NCBI GenBank assembly: GCA_043228905.1 | Contig: JBHGNT010000011.1 | Location: forward strand, 21,390,001 to 21,454,000 | Length of the DNA: 64,000 nucleotides | Direction: 5' to 3' | Source: Azolla caroliniana | Lineage: Eukaryota; Plantae; Polypodiophyta | In this document: piece by piece, positions 27,227 to 38,234 of the stretch | Numbering within the stretch: the stretch's first letter is position 1 | How the letters are laid out: each line of letters starts with the position of its first letter | Translations under genes and position numbers: made by a program | Notes under the pieces: model-generated | What the model saw: the letters and a program-made list of their open reading frames with translations, nothing else | What the model was told of the DNA's origin: nothing | The model's database searches: none

Positions 27227-30200
27227 CTAGATTGAGGCGTGTGATGAAGAAGAGATGATTTGTTGTGGGTCATCAATATGTGAGAACATTAGATTGTCGG
27301 CGTAATGATCATATTGATTCAGAGGATGATGATGATGGTACAAGGGGTTATAGATTTGATGGAGTGCATTTAAGGAAGGAGAGTTATGATGGGCGGAAGT
27401 GGAGCAACTGTACGGCGGAGAATTGTTATAAGATGTCGATTCGGTGGTGGTAGTCGTGGATGCTTGATCTGCAGCTGCAGCGTCATGATGGTATATCATG
27501 GGTTCTGCAATCATGTGATGATGATGATGATGAACCGGCATAGTACCATCATCGGCCATGGTAGCAGCTCGAGCATTGTAGGTCATGAACAGATCTGCGA
27601 GCTGCATGAAGTCGGGCTCCATGTAATCATTGGTACAAGTTTGATCATGGATAGCAACTGTAGCAGGAGCAGGAGTTACAGTAATGGATGGGGTGCAATT
27701 GCCATAGGAAGTAGAGGTGGGAGGCATGATGAGGTCCATATTATGCAACTGTATCGAAGCAGAAATCGAAGAAGAAGAAGAAGAATCAGAGTTGTGGTGT
27801 GCCAAGGAATCATCATGGCTATAATTAAAGAACATGCTGCTGGAGCTACTACTACTATTACTACTACTACTACTACTATTGCAGGCATGAGTGGCATTGT
27901 TGCGAGTAATGAATCCATTGGGGGCGTGCACCATGCGTGCTGCAATGGCAGGGAGGCTTTGTGCATTCTCATGGCGTGCATCAATGGTGCCATATACTTC
28001 AGATTCTGGTGCAGCAGCATCATTTCCAGGCAAACTAGTCCAGGAATTCTTCTTCTTCTGCTGCTGCTGTTGCTGGTTGACATGATTTACACTAGTAGTA
28101 GTAGCATTAGCCTGATTCATTCTGGGGAGGTGGGATTTAGCAGAGGCATTGATGATAGTTTGGTCATGATGGTGGGGTGCTGCCATGGCCACATCTCCGG
28201 GGGCGAGGAGATCAGGCATATGGGTATCAACAATTCGGTCATCATGGCATCCTAGGGCTATATTGCTTGGATTGTAAGCTTTTATTGGATTAGCAGAGAA
28301 AGGATTGTCCACAGGAGGACTGCTTCTAGTACTTGTTGATGATGATGCTCCAATCCCTCTTCCAATGTTGTAACTATTGTTGTTGTTGTTGTGGTTAAAG
28401 TCGAGCTCCAAGGTCATGATGAGCCAGTGAGACTTGGATTCGGTGCCGTTGCCATTGGCTTTCGCGTGCCACAAGCCGAGGTTCGATTTCTCGGGGTCCA
28501 GCCGGAGGCAGGTGATGGACTTTGCAGGCTTTAAAGTAGAGGTAGAGGTAGAGGTAGAGGTAGAGGAGGAGGAGGAGGAGGAGGTACTAGGCAGAGACAG
28601 AGGCAGAGGCAGAGAAGCAGCAGGGGGAGGAGATTGGGCCAGAGAAGAGAGGCAAGTTGTAGAGAGTAGGTCACTATTATTATTAGGACCCTGGTTCATG
28701 TCATTAACAACAACAACAGTAGGAGTAGGAGTAGGAGTAGGAGTAGGAGTAGGAGTAGGAGTAGTAGGAGTAGGTCCAAGTACAGTAGTATAGTTACAGT
28801 AGTCTAAGGTATGGATGGGTTGGATATGATGATGGAGTGGAGGTGATTCAAGGGCCCCTGCAGCTGCAGTTGGTTGATGAAGGTCATGGGCATGGGCATG
28901 GACATGGGCATAGGCATGAGGAAGAGGAGGAGGAGGAGGAGCAGATGGTGGAGGATCCACTCCTCCTCCTCCTCCTCCTCCTCCTCCTCCTCCTCCTCCT
29001 CCTCCTCCTCCTCTAAGTTTAGCTACAGTTACGCTTGGTTGGGAGGCTGCTGCTGCTGCTGCTGCGAAATGGGTGCATTTGTGAAGCTTGGCCACCAGCG
29101 AGGGGGAGAGGAGGGTGGGTACAAATGGCTCCCCCCTACTGCTGCTCCTACTACAGTGCTCTGCTGTACAGCTGCTACTATTACTACTACTACAGCTACT
29201 ACTACTACTACTACTCCCACTAGAATTGGTAAAAGATGGCGCCTTGAAATTCGTCTTGGCTTTGTCCCCGCTCATCAGCCTGGCCGCCTCGTCATAAGCT
29301 CTGGCTGCCCCTTCCTCGCTCTCGTATGTCCCCAGCCACACCCTGGTCTTCCTGTCCCATTCCATTCCATCCAATTCAATTCAATTCAATTCAATTCCGA
29401 CATTCAATCATCAATGCATATATACATATACATATACATACATACTTGAATGTGCAGAGTGAGTGGATCAATCATCATCAACCAAATTGAATCATTAGTT
29501 ACACCTTAACATGTGTAATAGTTAGCTTCCTATGAGCATCTAAACCTCCCTTCCTCACATCAAAAGTTAAAAAACAATCCATTCGCCTACACGTCACTGC
29601 TATTATACTAGACTCTACATAAAAACAAACAAACAAATATTCATCACTCATTGCAGGAATTGAGTTTTTATTTATCACAGTTATACTCAATTCCCCATCA
29701 CCCATTTTTCCTACGCCCATTATAATCAATTCCCCATCCATCCACTTTTCCTACACAATTTATGTTGCCAACTTCCTCCCGCCCCAATGTCATTCTTCTC
29801 CACTGTGAAATCATTAAGCTAGATACTTATCTTATGGGGCTATCAATGTAGAATCATGTGACATGTGTTTGTGCATGCATACATGTAAATTTTTTATGAT
29901 ACAACCCCCCCTCCCCTTGGATCACAGATCTATCCACCAACACCACACATTGTATTATTGATTGATTGTGTGACTCCTAATGTAATTTAGAAATTGAACC
30001 TTAATGCAGCGTGCATAATGACGAATCAACGAGCGAATAGTATTGACCAACAACTTACACAAACTAACAATTAAAACGGTTGTGCATAATGTGTGGGTTA
30101 TGTGTGTGTACACATAAGAGAGATATTAACAAGATGGAGAGTGTGAGGGAGGTTTACATACAAGAGTGGATGGCGGATTTCGGCTACCCACGAGCCCCAA

Positions 30201-30232
30201 TGCCTTTGACGAACACCTCTAAATCTCCCCAT
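27227..30232 (-). CDS. AP2/ERF transcription factor, SHINE/WIN1 (ERF group V) clade; 2 exons, 731 aa
   Basis: Exon 1 30232-30162 ([24 protein letters not shown], donor GTATGT) and exon 2 29351-27227 ([35 protein letters not shown]). The phases join correctly and the intron sits at the clade-typical HPLL/K position. SHN middle-motif parts [12 protein letters not shown] and [16 protein letters not shown] are present. Confidence 0.92.
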
Positions 30233-30263
30233 CACAATGCAATCCTCTCCAAGACACACACAA

Positions 30264-30266
<3 letters not shown>

Positions 30267-30306
<40 letters not shown>
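30267..30306. repeat. (CT)n tract in the 5' leader of the SHN-like gene
   Basis: (GA)20 on the + strand, about 35 bp upstream of the ATG; GAGA elements are bound by BBR/BPC factors in plants. Confidence 0.85.
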
Positions 30307-30310
<4 letters not shown>

Positions 30311-33155
30311 ATGGCTACTCTTATAAGGACTCTTCTCCCCCTCCTCTTCTCTCCCTTTATACTCTACCATTGCTAAGGACCACCCTAGCCCTAGTAATTC
30401 CAAAAGTACTACCACTTTATACTTTACCTTTGGTCATCCCCCTCACCCACCCACATCATGTGCATGCTAACCCATGAGGTTTTCCTTCACTATTCTTCAT
30501 AGTCTTCTTCCCTACCTTCCATTCCAACATGTCCTCCTTAAGTGTGTTCTCCTTGAACATCCCAAGTTCAAGCTCGGTAGCACTTATCGAATTTAAAAGA
30601 ACGTTAGACATGCATATTATAAAACATCTTATGGAACATTAAATTGTTGTTAAATCTTAGTACAAAGTCTTGTGTATTGATATTCTATTAAAAGGCAATG
30701 CTACCATGAGACAAGGAAGACTACTCACTCCAGAGTCCAAATAGCTTCACCTTCTTGTTCAATGACCCTTTGACACCATTACCTTTACCTTTGCCATTAA
30801 ATGACACCATGTGATGTGGGTAGACCTCTCTTAAGTTGTTCATTACTCCCCTTAAGGATTCAATGTTTCAATAGGACATTTTTGTGTGAACCTACACCAC
30901 CTCTTACGTTGCTCAATTACTCCCGTAAAGATTAAATATTTCAATAGGACATTTTTGTTTGAACCTACATTGATATATTCACAAAGAACAATGAATGATA
31001 CAATGATAAAAATAATTAAAAACATTAGATGCATGTTTCAAAGCTCACATTGCAGAAGAGTCCACATTTAACAAGGATTGGTGTGGGGACGAGTAATACA
31101 AATGGAAGAACGTCAATATGAGGGTTAGTAAAGGGACAAGAACCAATTCACAATGTGAAAATACGCATTGATCGTCATAGCTGAAAAAGGGTTGAGTAAT
31201 TACACCTTGGGAGTTCCCTTTATATATTCTCTATATCCCATGCATTCAAGACCTACTTATAAAACCCCTAATATCTTAAAATTTCCAACGTAAATTCATT
31301 GCTTCTATTTTAAGGACTAATATCCAACTTTATATGTTTTAGAGAACAAAAGGCAAAACTCTTTTCCTGGGCAAACGTTATGAAACTATAACGTTAGTAA
31401 TGCAAAGGGCATTTGTTGAGTATGTTGGGCTAGTAATCTTTGTTACGACTCAACTCGTTGAACAAAGTGACTCTTTCAGAAGCTCGTGGCTCTTTCTGAC
31501 GTTTAGAGTAGCTCCAATATTCAAGCAATTCCTCTCTTTTTTCATGAATGCTACAGTTAACTGGTTAACAATTATGTGGTATAATAGGACACTCTTGATT
31601 GTTGATGCAACCTTATCATGAAATTGAATTAATCATTCGATAACAATTGATGGATAGTGAAGTCCTCGTCGAGAACATGTTGCTGCTTCAAGGGTCAAAC
31701 GTCTATGTCATGGTGTTGTAATTTCAACCTTGCAACCACTACATTGAAATTTAACTGACATGTCACAAAAGAGGGTTAGAAAACAATGTATATAAACTAA
31801 ACTGACAATGTTTTACACATTGATTGCATGGCATTGAACAGTTTGCGTTAGATTAACTCCTCCCCAAAGTGTTTGGTAACACTTTTGGCTTTTAATTGTC
31901 TGGCTTTATGGCATTATTAGATGCATTGATATATGATTTTTATTCAAACCTCAAACAAGGACATTCTTTTTGCAATTTATTCTTGTGACATTAAATGCTA
32001 CTCAACATGTTTGTAATTGAAAGCTCCACAATGCCTATTGGGTAATCATGATATGTGTCATTTTGGACTCCCAATGTCATCTAACAACCGATGTCAAAAA
32101 TGTGTCGTTTGTAATGAACATTTATGCCGACTTCAAATGTGTCATTTGAAGCTTGTATTCATAAAAACTTCCATCCACTTTGGGATAAAAGGAAAATGTG
32201 GCTTCTGTAGAGATTCCCTCATCTTACCAAAGCTCATTGTCTTTTTTAAACTATGTACTCCAATGGGTAAATTCATACCAACTAAATTAAGAAATTCTCC
32301 ATAGATCCTCTATGGAAACTACCAAATCATTAGTTCATAAACGCTTTCCCTTTATTATCGTGAGTTGTCTAATAGTACTTCATGTATGAGGATCATTTGT
32401 AATGCCTTTGTAGATTTTGCATGCACCCTTAAATTGCTTTTGAAGAAAACTATCACACCGTTGAGGAATGTGAAATTGTTTGCGAAAACCACAAAAGTGA
32501 AAAATATGCCAAGAAACAACAAAGCTCAAGTTATCTACATGAGTAAACGACCAGTTAGTTTAGAACATTTGTGCGGGAGATTATTTTGAAAGATTCTAGA
32601 ACATTGTCGTACTAGAAGATAAAACTCCTAAAATGATAAGTTGTTAAAAGAAAAACATAGGTTGCCTAGTAAATTGTGATGATAATACATACTATTGCTC
32701 TTCTATAACGTCCAATCACGAAAAAGATACATAGACAAAAAAGTAAGAAACATTGTATTGTATTGAAACATACTCAAGCTACGTTGGTAACATGACATTA
32801 CATGTTGAACCACAGTATGAAAGCATCACCTTTATCATTACATAACACTCTTTAAACGTCCCACAAACTCTCAAGTATTGTGGCAAATAATTCTTTTAGT
32901 TATTTTCCTTAATCTATTCTTAGAGAAATTACTCTAGGATTATTTGAATCTAAAATTATGTGTTGGTTCATCATTTTTATACATTAGTTATCGAAACCTC
33001 TATAACGCATTGTATTCTTTGTGGATTAATAGATCATTTAATATAAAGCAACTATTATAGTGTTATTTCTTTTAGCCCTTATTTTTTACCATTTGGTATC
33101 AAATCTTGGTTGAAGACCTAATTATAATCCTATTGATTGACCGACAAATAACATT

Positions 33156-33437
33156 TTGGATGTATCCGTGCAAACATTAGCTTACTATAATTTCATTCCT
33201 TACAGTTTAACATTTTTGTGTCAAAGCTTTGTTCAAGAGTTCTACAATTTCTTATCTCTTGACAACATAACTTTATTATGTGTGTTGAGTGCATGTGCGC
33301 ACTCTGGACTTGTTATCCAACTCAACTTTTGTATTTCTTATGATTTGATAATACCATGGCGTATCTTTTGGGGGGGGGGAAAGAGTTCTACAATTTCTCT
33401 ACAAAACCAAAGCATGGTCTCACAACCTAACCCATGA
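33156..33437 (+). pseudogene. PLS-PPR gene fragment
   Basis: Contains DNITLLCVLSACAHSGLV, the canonical L2-type PPR motif (ITFxxVLSACSHxGLV), in otherwise degraded sequence. Confidence 0.55.
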
Positions 33438-34569
33438 GTAGTATTTCAGATCTCTAAAATGTGTACAAATGTTGTTTTACTCTAAGGGCCACATTATCGT
33501 AGTGTGAGTCAAGATCGTTTGAGGTCATTCCAAAGTTTGGGGTAGGTTTGGAATTCTGTTTTGGATTTTTTTTAAGTGGTTTCCTTTTTGCTATTTATCT
33601 TATTAGTTTTTCGAGATTTGTTTATTCTTCTAATTAAGATGGAATCCAAAGAAGACGGCTTTCGAGCTAATGTTCATGAAGATAAACTTAAAAGGGTATA
33701 AACATCCCATGTGGTCCATCATGATGAGAAACATTCTTGTTGGAAAAGGCTTTGCTTTGTGATGAGCCAACCACTCGAACCAAAACTATTGGCGCTTTAG
33801 AAGAAGAGGATAAAACAAGGGATAGATGAGATACTCAAGCTATGGCTTTTATTGCTCTTTCAAATAAACCAATATGTTATGACTTATATCAAGTCTTGAA
33901 AAACATCTCAATCTTAGGATATTTTGGAAAATATTTTTGAATCTGATGCAATCACATAATAGTGTGACTAGAATTAAAGATTAGGAAGATCCATTACCTA
34001 ATATTATTGAATTTGTTTCGAATAGAGATTTGTTTTCAATTGCTTTTAAAAATATTAGTTCTTCTCACAAAATGTTTGATGTCATTGCTATTGATCTTAC
34101 CATAGATGTCAATGAATTCTCATTTGTCACGTCTATTGGCCTTCTTCTATAATGCAAACAAAAAAAGAAGCATGTTAAGGATTCTCACAATGGAAAAGTT
34201 GACATAGTATTCATAGGTAAGGCCAAAAGTAAGGAGAAAAAGAAGATTGGTTTGAGTAACAATTATGACAAGAATGAGCAATCATGTAATGGTAATATTT
34301 TAGGAAACAGAAAAACCCACATCGTGTAAGACTTATTATTTATAATTGCAAAAATCCCACCCGTTGGATTTAGGAATTGAGGAAGAGAATCACAAGTAAA
34401 AGGAAAAAGGAAAAAGCTAATTTGTCTGAAGTGTCGTCTAATCATAATAATTATTCATGTGATGTTACAATTGCTTTCGATTGGACATGTCTTTCGATTG
34501 AAAAATTGAACTCTTCCGTTCCTATAGTATACCTTACGCATTTTTCAATGATTCTTGCAATGTTGTGAA

Positions 34570-37560
34570 TAATATTGTGAATGCATCACAACTACAATGG
34601 TATAAAGACAATTGACAACTACACATGTGACTCCACATGAGGAATGTTTTACGGTTTCAATGCAATTTCTAAAGGTAAAGTTGTAACTTATGCCAAAATA
34701 CATCCCCTTAAAAATTTGGAAAGGTTTCGTGACTATATTTAATTGGTGGATCTCACTCACCCCAATCGTTTGGTGGGTTTTTCCATTGAAAGCAAAGGTA
34801 ATTTATTTGTAATGTTCAAGGATTTTACTCTCTAAAAAAACAATGTGATAAGAAATAAAACACATTATGTTAGGGTTTAGGGTTCCCGGACATTTGGATG
34901 CTGATCGTAGGCTTCACCCTGTGGTACGTATGGAAAGCGCACTGCCTAAAGGTCTTCCAGGATCTAGTGCGACCCCGGAGGAAGTGATCATGGACATATG
35001 GTTTGCGCTTATTAGCTGCCTACGAGGACAATTGGATGAGGTTTGCAGCCATTCCTCTGACATGGATACTGCCTGTTTGCGCTTTTGGCAGAAATGGCGG
35101 AACACGCCTATGGTGACACAAGGAGAAAGTGGCCCGAGGTGGAACTACCAACCCCCACGCTGGTTGTTTCCGGCTCACTTACCACCCTCCCTCTGTTGTT
35201 GACCCCAAGAGTTGTCTCGTATTAGCCATCACTACAGGGCACTGTTTTAGCTGTAGGTACTTACACTAAGTAGTCCATCCGAAAGGCGATGTAACTAGTC
35301 TCAATTTCTAGGACTTGATCGGAGGGGGATTCCCCGATCTATGCTTAAGCCTCCTTGTACAGTCTCTTTGTAATAATCTTACCTAACTAATGGGAAAGTA
35401 GCTTCATTTTGGGAAAAAAAAAAAACACATTATGTTATAGTACACAATGAATATGCTTCTGAAGGCAGGCAATAATTTTATGGAACAAACTGTTTTAAAC
35501 AATAAATTTCATTTGCATATGCTACACATGGAGTTGCAAAATGCAAGTATGTTACCCAACAAAGATTTTGACAAATCATGTTGGTTAAACCCATTGTTAC
35601 AAAGCGAATTATATTCTCAATTGGCCCCCTTTAAAAGTAATGCACAATATTCCTTGTGAATTTTGACGACATAAGAAACTTAGAGTTGATTTTGCTAATA
35701 TTACCTCTCAACTTAGAACTCAACTTGACAACAAATCTATGAGATCCATTATGGTTGGTTATGCTTTGGAAAGTAAAGGTTTTTAGATAGTTAATCATGA
35801 TACAAGAAAGGTATTTACAAGTAGAGATGTGATGTTTCATGAATTGGACAACACTTTGCTAGTTTAAAAAGTTCTCTGATTGGTCTTCTAATATTTCTCA
35901 GCGTGGAGAAGGAGAACCTTCTAATGAAAGAGGGCCACAACCAAGTCATATTCTTCCAAAGTGGGCTAAGAAAACAATATAGGATAACAAATTACAACCA
36001 TCGTTGTCATGAAAACTAAGACCAAAAACCAAAAGGTTGGAAGATGAGCATGATGAAGATGTAGATTTTGTTCTACTCCATGCAATCGATTATATTTATA
36101 GAACTGTACGTATTAATATGTTGACAAACATGAACAATGGCAAAAGCCATGGATTCTTAAATTGATTCTATTATCCATAGTCAAACATGTGAAATTATTG
36201 ATGGACTTGATAAGCTTGATGTGATTGATACTAAGTGGACGTGTAGAGTTAAACATAATGCACATAGATCTATTGATAAATGTGAAGCTAGATAAATTGT
36301 GATAGGTTATGCTAAAACTGTAGGAGTCAATTCCAAAGAAACATTTGCTTTGACAAGCCGTATAACACATGAGACTTACAATTGCTCTAGATTCTATGTT
36401 TGGTTGGGAATTGCATCATGTGTAAATTGTAGTTCTTAATGGTGATTTAAGTGAAGATGTGGATGTTGAACAATCTGTGAAGGGTATGCCATTCTAGGTA
36501 ATGAGGACAAAAGTTTGCAAACATCGAAAAAAATTGTATCGTTTTAAGCAAGCTTCTCATGATTGCTATCAAAAGATTGATGGCCATTTTTCTTCTCATT
36601 AATCTGGGGAAAATGCAATGGAGTCAACCTTCTATGTCTTAAAAGGAAGGCAATGATATTGTGCTTGAACTTTGGTGTGTGGATGACATTTTGTTCACTT
36701 CTAATAATGAGGATTTGATTGCAAAAGTAAAGTTAGATTTGACAAGTATATGTAACTTAAGATACTTTCTTGTTGAAGCATTATGTTGATGGGATTTACT
36801 TGTCACCATGTAAATATATGAGGACGTTCTTACAAGATTTGACGTGTTGCATTGCAAATCAATTATCACTCCATTACAGATTGTACATGCTATTTGTATA
36901 TATGAAGAAGAAAATATTGTTGCGCTAATTAATAACATATATAGAAAGACTATTGGTGCATTATATTTTATCTTGCAAAACTAGATAATCGCGAATATGC
37001 AATTTTCCATAGCTTAATTGCTAAACCTCAAACCCCAAGACGTCTCATTGAACAATAGTGAAAAGAATTATGAGACATGTAAATGGATCTCAAACACTTG
37101 AAAAGAATGTAATACTCTTTTTTTTGTCTTGTTGGATTTTGTGATTTAGATCAATCTATTGATGAAGATGATCACCAATTTTCCTTTGACTTTTGTTTTC
37201 TTCTTGGGATTTCATTCGGACATTTGGAAACACAAGAAGCCAAGCATAGTAGCAACATCAACTTCTGAAGCAAAATGTCAAGCTTTATTTGCTTGAAGCA
37301 CTATGGCGAAGAAGACTCTTTCAATAATGTGCAGTCTCAAAATTGTCGCATACAACTTTCATAACAATCAAAGTTCACATTGTTATTGTTCAGGAATGAA
37401 CCAAATAGTTTTAAGTATACCTTCATTGTGTTTGTGACGAAATTCAGAGCAACAACATTAAAGTCTCTTACATCTAAAGTCAAGATAAATTCAATTGATG
37501 TCTTTAACAAAGCACAGTCTTGCAATAAGCTTGAATATTGAAATTTTAAACATTGTTTTG
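34570..37560 (+). mobile_element. Decayed Ty1/copia pol relic (integrase-RT-RNase H), interrupted by a LINE fragment
   Basis: Motif remnants in copia order: GIK.QLTT, VFTSRDVMFHE, W..AMDS, IDTKW, GWELH, LNGDLSEDV, LYRFKQA, VDDIL, VGFCD, KKPSIVATSTSEA. Confidence 0.8.
34857..35437 (+). mobile_element. Short 5'-truncated LINE 3' end with poly(A) and 16-bp TSD
   Basis: DIWMLIVGFTLWYVWKAHCLKVFQ...IWFALISCL...RWNYQPPRWLF, homologous to the C-terminus of the 16.3-18.4 kb LINE. Poly(A) at 35414-35425. TSD AAAACACATTATGTTA at 34857-34872 and 35422-35437. Confidence 0.92.
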
Positions 37561-38234
37561 ACTATGAAAGAGATTGCTGGATACAAGTTTTGGACTATTA
37601 TATATAAAAAATGTGCAGGTATAAGCTCTGTTATCGCTAACAGGAAATGGAAACAAATTCTGCTCAAGATGTGTAAGATGAAAACTGGAATCACTAATCC
37701 TTAAAGAATGTTTTGGATAAAGGGCTCACAGAAGACAGAAGTATGAATGGTTAAAGAGATGGTGCTTTGAAACCCTATAAAAGTATTCTGGATCAAAAGA
37801 TTTACTCCTAGATGATTCTTCTAATGTTGAGATGGCTACGTTGCTTGCAATCTAAGCTAATAATAATAATATCACTAATATATAGCATTGTTTTTCTTAC
37901 ATCACCTCATCTAATCTTCAAAGAATACACATTATTCATCTGGGATGAGCATATAACACTTCAATCCACTTTCTTTCCTCAACAACTTGAATACTAGACT
38001 ATACTCAATGACTTCATACTTATTATATACTCAATTAATAGCTAAATTCTTCCATCTAGATAAAAATTTGCAAGAACCATGTTAAAAATCAGCAATTTGC
38101 AAATCCGAATGTTATATGACAGAATTGGTTCTATCTTGATCCAGATTACCTCATTGTTACAATTAGCAGAAATTAGCAAATAGATGCTCTTAGCATATTT
38201 TCAAACACATATAATGGATTAAGATTGTAGTAGT

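Noticed and set aside
27386-29449. Long + strand ORFs (289, 191 and 119 aa) antisense to the AP2/ERF exon
   Set aside because: Stop-poor shadows of trinucleotide repeats on the coding strand.
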